A DNA stretch of 10,545 bases. Source: a virus (lineage: Duplodnaviria; Heunggongvirae; Uroviricota; Caudoviricetes). Under the pieces are notes generated by a model. It was not told the DNA's origin, did no database searches, and saw nothing but the letters and a program-made list of their open reading frames with translations. The stretch is taken from the IMG/VR virus record IMGVR_UViG_2909303794_000003; one strand, written 5' to 3'. This document shows positions 1 through 9,602 of the stretch, one piece after another. Every line of letters begins with the position of its first letter. The first letter of the stretch is position 1. The translations under genes were made by a program, and so were the position numbers.

Positions 1-378
1 ATGACCGTATCAAAACGTGGCCGTGTGCCAAAAACAATCAAAGAAGCCGTACAAGAGCAGTTCAGTCGCATGGGGGAAAGCTACTATGCGAACATCAAGT
101 GGGCGAAATCAGTTAATGCCCATTACTTCAAGGTCATTCGGGAATCGGATCAGCCAGAACCGATTTTCTACACCTTCTCAGTAATTGATGAAGAGATACA
201 TTATACATATTTTGACGTGAACACCTTTGAAGCAACTCAGCTATCGTTAGCTTGCTCAGAGGATGCGTTCTTTCAATTCATGTTTAGGTGTGATCTACCG
301 TTAGACTTCGATGCATTTACCGAAATTATGCGTTTGATCTCATTGCATGGATTAGATGTCACTGCCTTTTATAAATAA
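1..378 (+). CDS. hypothetical protein (125 aa)
   Basis: ORF from the track, ATG at position 1 and stop TAA 376-378. It begins at the window edge, so the true start could lie upstream. No recognisable catalytic or binding motif. No AGTACT sites inside it. Confidence 0.45.
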   Translation: MTVSKRGRVPKTIKEAVQEQFSRMGESYYANIKWAKSVNAHYFKVIRESDQPEPIFYTFSVIDEEIHYTYFDVNTFEATQLSLACSEDAFFQFMFRCDLPLDFDAFTEIMRLISLHGLDVTAFYK

Positions 379-445
379 GACATTATATCAACTCCTATTT
401 TTGTTAGTCGTGATAAATAAGACTGTAAAAATAGGAGGGTTGATT

Positions 446-625
446 ATGACTTGGCTCAGTAATGTACTCATTGAAGTACTCGCAACTATAATTTATATGT
501 TTGTGCTATTTCCATGTTGGATAGTACTGCATCTTTGTTTTATGGTTTTGGTAGTATTACTGCTACCATTTAAGATTCCAGCTATAAATAGATATGTAAT
601 GACAAAGATGAAACGCCAAAAATAA
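446..625 (+). CDS. small hydrophobic membrane protein (59 aa), two predicted TM helices, basic C-terminal tail
   Basis: Track ORF 356..625, but ATG 446 is preferred because a consensus Shine-Dalgarno AGGAGG (433-438) sits 7 nt upstream. Product MTWLSNVLIEVLATIIYMFVLFPCWIVLHLCFMVLVVLLLPF... is almost entirely hydrophobic and ends RYVMTKMKRQK. Confidence 0.5.
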   Translation: MTWLSNVLIEVLATIIYMFVLFPCWIVLHLCFMVLVVLLLPFKIPAINRYVMTKMKRQK

Positions 626-628
626 ATA

Positions 629-637
629 TGGTATAAT
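629..637 (+). promoter_or_regulatory. candidate sigma70 extended -10 element TGgTATAAT, with a second TATAAT at 643-648
   Basis: Exact TGnTATAAT in the intergenic region between the 59-aa ORF and the RHH-like ORF. No convincing -35, which extended -10 promoters do not need. Sequence only. Confidence 0.3.
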
Positions 638-663
638 ATCACTATAATTCCTCCAATAATTTG

Positions 664-687
664 CCCCAATTATTTGGGGTGCTTTTT
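664..687 (+). terminator. candidate intrinsic terminator or attenuator hairpin
   Basis: CCCCAA (664-669), loop TTAT, TTGGGG (674-679), then TGC and TTTTT (683-687). The T-run is offset 3 nt from the stem, so this is a weaker-than-canonical terminator. Confidence 0.35.
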
Positions 688-729
688 GTGTGGAAGAAAA
701 TCAGAAAAGTTTAACAAAAGGATATTGTT

Positions 730-882
730 ATGAAAGAAAAGAAAACGATTAGTGTTGGAGTGAGATTAAATCCTACACAAGAAGAAATACTAAAATCACT
801 TATAGAATGTGGTAAGGCTACTACGATTAGTTCAGCCATTCAGTATCTGATACATCAGTATGCGATTTTAGGTAGCAAGTAA
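730..882 (+). CDS. small ribbon-helix-helix-like DNA-binding protein (50 aa), putative regulator
   Basis: ORF below the track size cutoff, found by reading: ATG 730, SD AAGGA (718-722) 7 nt upstream, stop TAA 880-882. Product MKEKKTISVGVRLNPTQEEILKSLIECGKATTISSAIQYLIHQYAILGSK has a short N-terminal beta-strand segment (ISVGVRL) followed by two helical segments, the pattern of CopG/Arc/MetJ-type RHH proteins. Fold assignment is inference. Confidence 0.4.
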   Translation: MKEKKTISVGVRLNPTQEEILKSLIECGKATTISSAIQYLIHQYAILGSK

Positions 883-906
883 GGGTTTGGTACTTTCACT
901 TTAGAA

Positions 907-923
907 AAGTACTGGCAGTACTT
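907..923. promoter_or_regulatory. 17-bp perfect palindrome AAGTACTGGCAGTACTT flanked by further GTACTT half-sites (888-893, 932-937); candidate operator
   Basis: Perfect 8-1-8 inverted repeat read directly. It lies 25 bp downstream of the RHH-like gene and 69 bp upstream of the IS2 left end. No T-run follows, so it is not a terminator. Confidence 0.35.
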
Positions 924-991
924 CAGGATGAAGTACTTATTTTCAAGGAAGAAATATGAAGAAGGAAAAAAGAAATGACCTAAAAGGTCAG

Positions 992-1032
992 TAGACTGGC
1001 CCCCTGAATCTCCAGACAACCAATATCACTTA
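992..1032. repeat. IS2 left terminal inverted repeat (IRL), about 41 bp
   Basis: Imperfect inverted match to the right end (shared CTGG..CC..T.T.TCCAGACA.C...TATCACTTAA core). Extent follows established IS2 knowledge. Confidence 0.7.
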
Positions 1033-1082
1033 AATAAGTGATAGTCTTAATACTAGTTTTTAGACTAGTCATTGGAGAGCAG

Positions 1083-1448
1083 ATGATTGATGTCTTAGGA
1101 CCGGAGAAACGCAGACGGCGTACTACACAGGAAAAGATCGCTATTGTTCAGCAGAGCTTTGAACCGGGAATGACGGTCTCCCTTGTTGCCCGGCAACACG
1201 GTGTGGCAGCCAGCCAGTTATTTCTCTGGCGCAAGCAATACCAGGAGGGAAGTCTTACTGCTGTGGCCGCAGGAGAGCAGGTCGTTCCTGCCTCTGAACT
1301 TGCTGCTGCCATGAAGCAGATTAAAGAACTCCAGCGCCTGCTCGGCAAAAAAACGATGGAAAATGAACTCCTTAAAGAAGCCGTTGAATACGGGCGTGCA
1401 AAAAAGTGGATAGCGCACGCGCCCTTATTGCCCGGGGATGGGGAGTAA
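1083..1448 (+). CDS. insC: IS2 transposase OrfA (InsC), 121 aa
   Basis: Product [56 protein letters not shown]... is recognised as IS2 InsC. The track ORF starts at an upstream GTG (1038); ATG 1083 is the known start. Confidence 0.9.
1400..1406 (+). other. A AAA AAG slippery heptamer for programmed -1 ribosomal frameshifting (InsC to InsCD fusion)
   Basis: A6G lies in the InsC frame (gcA AAA AAG) exactly where the InsD frame, which is -1 relative to InsC, opens at 1406. This is the standard IS3-family OrfAB arrangement. Confidence 0.6.
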
Positions 1449-2311
1449 GCTTAGTCAGCCGTTGTCTCCGGGTGTCGCGTGCGCAGTTGCACGTAATTCT
1501 CAGACGAACCGATGACTGGAAAGATGGTCGCCGCAGCCGTCACTCAGATGATACGGATGTGCTTCTCCGTATACACCATGTTATCGGAGAGCTGCCCACG
1601 TATGGTTATCGTCGGGTATGGGCGCTGCTTCGCAGACAGGCCGAACTTGATGGTATGCCTGCGATCAATGCCAAACGTGTTTACCGGATCATGCGCCAGA
1701 ATGCGCTGTTGCTTGAGCGAAAAACCGCTGTACCGCTATCGAAACGGGCACATACTGGCAAAGTGGCCGTGAAAGAAAGCAATCAACGATGGTGCTCTGA
1801 CGGGTTCGAGTTCCGCTGTGATAACGGAGAAAAACTGCGAGTCACGTTCGCGCTGGACTGCTGTGACCGTGAGGCACTGCACTGGGCAGTCACTACGGGC
1901 GGCTTCGACAGTGAAACAGTACAGGACGTCATGCTGGGAGCGGTGGAACGCCGCTTCGGCAACGAGCTTCCGGCGTCTCCAGTAGAGTGGCTGACGGATA
2001 ATGGTTCATGCTACCGGGCTAATGAAACACGGCAGTTTGCCCGGATATTGGGGCTTGAACCGAAGAACACGGCGGTGCGGAGTCCGGAGAGTAACGGCAT
2101 AGCAGAGAGCTTCGTGAAAACGATAAAGCGTGACTACATCAGTATCATGCCTAAACCAGACGGGTTAACGGCAGCAAAGAACCTTGCAGAGGCGTTCGAG
2201 CATTATAACGAATGGCATCCGCATAGTGCACTGGGTTATCGCTCGCCACGGGAATATCTACGGCAGCGGGCCAGTAATGGGTTAAGTGATAACAGGTGTC
2301 TGGAAATATAG
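1406..2311 (+). CDS. insD: IS2 transposase OrfB (InsD), DDE catalytic domain, 301 aa
   Basis: Product ...[37 protein letters not shown]...[50 protein letters not shown]... is recognised as IS2 InsD. Expressed mainly as the InsCD frameshift fusion. Confidence 0.9.
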
Positions 2312-2322
2312 GGGCAAATCCA
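2282..2322. repeat. IS2 right terminal inverted repeat (IRR), about 41 bp
   Basis: ...TTAAGTGATAACAGGTGTCTGGAAATATAGGGGCAAATCCA at the element end. Confidence 0.7.
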
Positions 2323-2356
2323 ACTTGCTTTAGGGGGCTTCCTTAAAGATGCACAG

Positions 2357-2628
2357 ATGAATATTACACTCGTTATCCTGAATCCCTATAACAGTACTGT
2401 ATTGTACTCCATGCTGATGTTCTCAGGATTTGTTGATTACATTCAGGCAGTAGCCGATCCAAATGAAAAAACGAATGAAATGACAGTTTACGTGAATAGC
2501 ATTTATAAGAAGCTGGACAGACAGCCACCACTAATTGCTGCCAATTCAGTATATCAATCTCTCTATAAAGGGGATGAATACTTTAGTTTATTAGGACAGG
2601 TGAATCAGGATCAAACGTGGAGATACAA

Positions 2629-2632
<4 letters not shown>
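2357..2632 (+). CDS. hypothetical phage protein (91 aa), first gene after IS2; possibly a 5'-truncated remnant
   Basis: Track ORF. ATG 2357 has only a weak SD and lies 35 bp from the IS2 right end. Its stop overlaps the start of the next gene (ATGA at 2629-2632), indicating translational coupling into the tail module. The product has no recognisable motif. Confidence 0.4.
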
Positions 2633-6220
<3,588 letters not shown>

Positions 6221-6221
<1 letters not shown>

Positions 6222-6520
6222 TGGCACAGGGTTTACAATGCTGGGATGCATCTGGACGATTAATTGTCGATATTGGTGATTACAACATGCGGTACATGGG
6301 ATCAGTCAATCTTAATGTATCGGCTGGTAGTACTACATCATGGAATGTAGCCTGGTCGGGTATGCGTCCAACGGGTTGGTTGGCAGTAATGCGAGTGAGT
6401 CAGTACTGGAATGAGTTTTACTGTATTCCGGGTACTAACGCTTTCACCGTTCAATATCTTCCAGTGAGTGGCGTTTATGCCCAAACATTAACATTCGATA
6501 TATACAAATATGACGTGTAA
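6221..6520 (+). CDS. hypothetical protein (99 aa), one copy of a repeated ~100-aa domain; likely tail-fibre or receptor-binding accessory
   Basis: Track ORF 6215..6520 starts at a GTG; ATG 6221 overlaps the J stop (TAATG), indicating coupling. It shares the motifs G-x-Q-x-[WY]-[DN]-[AS]-[SA]-G-x-L and C-[IF]-PG with both halves of the next ORF. Confidence 0.55.
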
Positions 6521-6528
6521 GGATCACT

Positions 6529-7176
6529 ATGTCAGGTTTTCAGGTTTACAATTCAGCAGGTGCTCTTACGATAGATTCCGATAATAAATCGGTCGTAATG
6601 AGTTCCGTTAAAGCAATGGGCACACTCTCAGATACAGGGTATTACCTCATTAACAGTGCTTTTGGTAATGGAAGTACGTTGGGGTATCTGCCTCTAAATT
6701 TCTTCCCCAATACGGGACTACGCTGGTTCCAGCTACAGACAAATGGAAAGTACTGTTTTCCCGGCTCGGCAATGTTCGAGGCAGGTTCAGGGCGGTTCAT
6801 GCTCTCCAGTAATACCACGGCTCTTACATCGGGCTATCTCGATGTGTATAACAGTGCTGGAACATTGATCTGGTCTGCTGCCAGTGCGGGTACAATGCCA
6901 CGTATTCAGGGTTTCCTTACCGTGCCATCCTCTCATGATCTCGGTACTGCCTTGACGCTTACGACGAGTTTTGCCGATCCGTGGATATGCATTAGTCAGT
7001 GTCCGGGCAACATATCCGATGATGGCGGCACAGTTGGCTATTCCGGCATTCTCATTAAAAGGAATAGCAGTACTTCATTCTCTTTACAGTATGTGAATAA
7101 GAACCAGAAGGCATATCGACAGGCAATGGGGAACAGCGGATTTCAAATTGCTTTAGCAAGTTTCACTGGTTATTGA
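6529..7176 (+). CDS. hypothetical protein (215 aa), tandem duplication of the same ~100-aa domain
   Basis: SD AAGGA 9 nt upstream of ATG 6529. Internal repeats GFQVYNSAGALTIDSD (N-terminal half) and YLDVYNSAGTLIWSAAS (C-terminal half), plus YCFPGS versus QCPGN, parallel LQCWDASGRLIVDIGD and YCIPGT in the previous ORF. Confidence 0.6.
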   Translation: MSGFQVYNSAGALTIDSDNKSVVMSSVKAMGTLSDTGYYLINSAFGNGSTLGYLPLNFFPNTGLRWFQLQTNGKYCFPGSAMFEAGSGRFMLSSNTTALTSGYLDVYNSAGTLIWSAASAGTMPRIQGFLTVPSSHDLGTALTLTTSFADPWICISQCPGNISDDGGTVGYSGILIKRNSSTSFSLQYVNKNQKAYRQAMGNSGFQIALASFTGY

Positions 7177-7184
7177 TATAAATA
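7177..7184 (+). promoter_or_regulatory. TATAAATA motif (T4-late-promoter-like, or a sigma70 -10 variant) 30 bp upstream of the 7214 start
   Basis: Exact TATAAATA in the short intergenic gap, followed by SD TAAGG (7201-7205) and ATG 7214. The same exact octamer occurs at 370-377 and 583-590 on the same strand. Confidence 0.25.
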
Positions 7185-7213
7185 CTCATAATAACAATAA
7201 TAAGGCATAATGT

Positions 7214-7486
7214 ATGGATTTCGGTACTATTGTTGCTCTTGTTATCGCTGGCCTTGGTTTTCTTTATACGATATTCCGTGACAGTTCTTCTGATACTGAA
7301 GATTTACTCACGCGAGTTTCGCAAATTGAAGCAAAGATACAACTGCACAGTAGCAGTATAGACCGCCTCGAAACAGAGCAGGATGAAATGAAGAAGACAT
7401 TACGTAATCTCGAAGATCAAATTCATCAACTGGATTTGAAGATTGAGCGTATTCTGACAATTCTCGAAAAGACAAAAGGGGCATAA
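7214..7486 (+). CDS. membrane-anchored coiled-coil protein (90 aa); possibly lysis-associated (i-spanin-like or holin-like)
   Basis: One N-terminal TM segment (FGTIVALVIAGLGFLYTIF) followed by a heptad-like charged helix (QIEAKIQLHSSSIDRLETEQDEMKKTLRNLEDQIHQLDLKIERILTILEK). Sits next to the endolysin but on the opposite strand. Function is inferred from architecture only. Confidence 0.55.
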   Translation: MDFGTIVALVIAGLGFLYTIFRDSSSDTEDLLTRVSQIEAKIQLHSSSIDRLETEQDEMKKTLRNLEDQIHQLDLKIERILTILEKTKGA

Positions 7487-7503
7487 TGCCCCTTTGTTAT
7501 TTT
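7474..7503. terminator. bidirectional intrinsic terminator between convergent genes
   Basis: Stem GGGGC (7478-7482), loop ATAAT, GCCCC (7488-7492), followed by TTTGTTATTTT on the plus strand and preceded by AAAA (TTTT on the minus strand). It overlaps the stop codons of both convergent ORFs. Confidence 0.6.
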
Positions 7504-7940
7504 AATTGATTATTCATATCTCTTACCCGGTTTGGCGTTTGCCTGTACCATAATGAATCAACGGACTCACGCCGCACACCATCACGATCTCCCGCCTTTG
7601 CTGCTGCCAGTAGTTTTCTGAATTTACTTACGCCATTCACCCCTAACTGAAAAATCATGATGATCAGATAGTCCTCAATATCGGCAGGAAGAGTACCCAA
7701 ACGTAATGTACTTAATCCTGTCCGGGCAACTGCAATATCTTTATCAAGTAAAGTCTCTGCCTCATTCGGGGATAATCCAGTACTGAAAATTTCCCCTGAT
7801 TTGATTAAATGTCCATACCCGACAGTGCTGAATCCCAATGAGTCAGAGTATGGGAAGAACTTTCCATTACGGAAGTACCCCAATTTTGTCTGATAGGCAA
7901 TCGTGCCTTTATATTCCTTAAGTCTGCTTTTTAAATCCAT
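7497..7940 (-). CDS. endolysin, T4-type lysozyme (glycoside hydrolase family 24), soluble, no signal-arrest-release (SAR) domain
   Basis: PYSDSLGFSTVGYGH matches the phage lysozyme motif (P22 AYSDSRGIPTIGVGH, T4 YKDTEGYYTIGIGH). MIFQLGVNGVSKF and SLWYRQTPNRVRDM match T4 lysozyme MVFQMGETGVAGF and SRWYNQTPNRAKRV. No N-terminal hydrophobic segment. Confidence 0.85.
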   Translation of the reverse strand: MDLKSRLKEYKGTIAYQTKLGYFRNGKFFPYSDSLGFSTVGYGHLIKSGEIFSTGLSPNEAETLLDKDIAVARTGLSTLRLGTLPADIEDYLIIMIFQLGVNGVSKFRKLLAAAKAGDRDGVRRESVDSLWYRQTPNRVRDMNNQLK

Positions 7941-7981
7941 TCACTAAATACCTATATAAATTACATATGGGTATTTAGTGA
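7941..7981. promoter_or_regulatory. 12-bp perfect inverted repeat TCACTAAATACC / GGTATTTAGTGA around a 17-bp AT-rich spacer; candidate divergent promoter-operator
   Basis: Arms at 7941-7952 and 7970-7981. The spacer TATATAAATTACATATG contains TATAAATT. Each arm abuts the start codon of one of the two divergent genes (endolysin ATG ends at 7940 on the minus strand; plus-strand ATG at 7981). Confidence 0.4.
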
Positions 7982-8430
7982 TGAGAATTAATAACAACTG
8001 GACGATGTTCGAACCAGAACAATGGGATATCAAGGAAGTAAATGAAGGTCTGTACTGTTCATTTGTGTACTTAATTGAATTTCCCGAAACGGGGGAGTAC
8101 TACTTCGGGAAGAAGCAGATATATAAAGGTATCAAAGATATTTCAAACCTTAAGGGTACTTCAACGGAAAGCAACTGGCTGGATTATACGGGCAGCAGTA
8201 AAAGTGTAAATGCCATGATTGATTCAGGTATGGAGTACTCAAAAAGGATTCTGTACTGCTTTAAAACTGATGCTGAAGCCACTTTAATTGAAACTGCATT
8301 GATTAGCTATTACGGCTTACATCCCGACAATCTCAATAAAGCCATTCTGTGTAAATCCCGATTGCCAAAAAATCGAATTGAATTGTTCCGGGTGCTACAG
8401 AGTTTGATCGAAATGTTGGGCGTGAGGTAA
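7981..8430 (+). CDS. hypothetical protein (149 aa); weak GIY-YIG-like / T5orf172-like motif
   Basis: Track ORF 7978..8430 starts at a GTG; ATG 7981 is adjacent. GLYCSFVYLIEFPETGEYYFGKK resembles the G-[IVL]-Y ... Y-[IV]-G-K beta-hairpin of GIY-YIG-superfamily domains, but the spacing is longer than canonical and the downstream conserved Arg/Glu are not evident. Low-confidence motif call. Confidence 0.45.
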   Translation: MRINNNWTMFEPEQWDIKEVNEGLYCSFVYLIEFPETGEYYFGKKQIYKGIKDISNLKGTSTESNWLDYTGSSKSVNAMIDSGMEYSKRILYCFKTDAEATLIETALISYYGLHPDNLNKAILCKSRLPKNRIELFRVLQSLIEMLGVR

Positions 8431-8432
8431 AT

Positions 8433-9002
8433 ATGATTAGAGGCAGAATAACAGGGCTGAATAACGCAACAACCTATCTTAATACTACAGGTCAACGTCT
8501 TGGACGTGACTTTCAGAATGAAATAATCAAAAGGTCAAGGGCGTTATCAGCCAAAATGCAAATGGACTTAAACAATGCCGTCGATAAAGGAGCAGTACCT
8601 TTCACTCAGCGTTCCATTCTCTTTATGTACAAGAAAGTTGGTAATGGAGTTCGCAGTACTATTCTCGTGAAGGATCTACAAGCGAAGTACTTATATGACG
8701 TACTTGTTGAGGAAAAAGCCCTTGATAAGTTTGTACCAACGAGTAAGGCACGTCTTGATCGGTTCGGTAACATTGCAGGGTTGAAACGTAATCTATCAAA
8801 TGGGCGTTATAAGGTCATTAAAGGGAAGAATGGTAAAGAGCGATTGATTGATACCAGCCAGAAGAAGAAAGAAAAGCGAGTAATTGGATTACGTGAAAGT
8901 AAGAAACGTAAAATCATTTATGATTTCTATGCAGAAGCAGAGAAGGGGGCAAGACTTGTTCTCGCAGGGATACAGGGATCGTTTGTTATAAAAAAGGGAT
9001 AA
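8433..9002 (+). CDS. hypothetical basic protein (189 aa) with a Lys/Arg-rich C-terminal region
   Basis: SD GAGG 8 nt upstream; start is 3 nt after the previous stop. The C-terminal part (KGKNGKERLIDTSQKKKEKRVIGLRESKKRK) is strongly basic, suggesting nucleic-acid binding. The N-terminal 60 aa loosely resembles the HK97 gp10-like tail-component pattern (RAL...A...AVP...RS); unverified. Confidence 0.5.
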   Translation: MIRGRITGLNNATTYLNTTGQRLGRDFQNEIIKRSRALSAKMQMDLNNAVDKGAVPFTQRSILFMYKKVGNGVRSTILVKDLQAKYLYDVLVEEKALDKFVPTSKARLDRFGNIAGLKRNLSNGRYKVIKGKNGKERLIDTSQKKKEKRVIGLRESKKRKIIYDFYAEAEKGARLVLAGIQGSFVIKKG

Positions 9003-9003
9003 T

Positions 9004-9315
9004 ATGAATTTTGAAGAACACTATGGTGAACTTACGAGTGAGATAACGCTGAATGGTACTATACCAGATGGTAATAGTATGCCAATCAACAAGTGCTTTC
9101 TCGGAAAGAAGTTCCAGAAGCAATTGAAGAAAGCAGATATACAGATTGAGTGCTTTATGAATATCTGCTACGAGAAAAAACAAAGTTTTAAAGATGGTGA
9201 AGTACTCACATGGTCACTACAGGGTGATGAAATGGATGTGTACTTAATCGAAAGTAAAAGGTTATTTGTAAAGGGAAAGCACTTTTGGGGATATTGTGTG
9301 GGGATCATTGAATGA
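9004..9315 (+). CDS. hypothetical protein (103 aa)
   Basis: SD AAGGGA upstream; start is 2 nt after the previous stop; Cys-containing; no recognisable motif. Confidence 0.5.
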   Translation: MNFEEHYGELTSEITLNGTIPDGNSMPINKCFLGKKFQKQLKKADIQIECFMNICYEKKQSFKDGEVLTWSLQGDEMDVYLIESKRLFVKGKHFWGYCVGIIE

Positions 9316-9602
9316 TTGGAATGATAATTGATTTAATCAAAACTGGATTGGGCTTCTTCCAGAAAAAAGAACAAAGCAAACAGGAACTGGACGCACAGAA
9401 CAGTCACGAGCAGAACGAGATCACACTTGAAGAAACACGTAAGGGCTTCACGTGGCGACAGGGTTTAGGCTGGGTACTAACGTTCATCATTCTATGGAAC
9501 TACGTCATTGTGCCAGTACTGGCATTGTGTGGTGTAGTACTTCCCATAGTTCCACTTGATGAAATATGGAAAGTACTGATCATCTTAATCGGTGGGAGTT
9601 GA
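9312..9602 (+). CDS. small membrane protein (96 aa): hydrophilic N-terminal half, two C-terminal hydrophobic segments
   Basis: ATGA start/stop overlap with the previous gene. C-terminal GLGWVLTFIILWNYVIVPVLALCGVVLPIV and IWKVLIILIGG are predicted TM helices. The protein ends immediately after the last helix, unlike a typical holin with a charged C-terminal tail. Its 3' end overlaps the convergent minus-strand ORF by 18 bp. Confidence 0.5.
   Translation: MIGMIIDLIKTGLGFFQKKEQSKQELDAQNSHEQNEITLEETRKGFTWRQGLGWVLTFIILWNYVIVPVLALCGVVLPIVPLDEIWKVLIILIGGS

Larger units (their letters stand above)
992..2322 (+). mobile_element. IS2 insertion sequence (IS3 family), intact, 1331 bp
   Basis: Left end TAGACTGGCCCCCTGAATCTCCAGACAACC... 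and right end ...GTGTCTGGAAATATAGGGGCAAATCCA match the IS2 termini as I recall them. The ends placed independently give exactly 1331 bp, the known IS2 length. Both transposase ORFs are intact. GC is clearly higher than the flanks. Confidence 0.92.

Noticed and set aside
356-445. Upstream ATG start (356) given by the track for the small hydrophobic ORF
   Set aside because: It would overlap the end of the 125-aa ORF and has no RBS. ATG 446 has a consensus AGGAGG at ideal spacing.
928-978. 16-codon mini-ORF (MKYLFSRKKYEEGKKK) between the palindrome and IS2
   Set aside because: Too short, with no usable RBS spacing. More likely non-coding regulatory DNA.
1148-1772. Track ORFs inside IS2 (1148..1348 -, 1218..1418 -, 1512..1772 +)
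   Set aside because: They overlap the well-established insC/insD reading frames of IS2 and are not known IS2 products.
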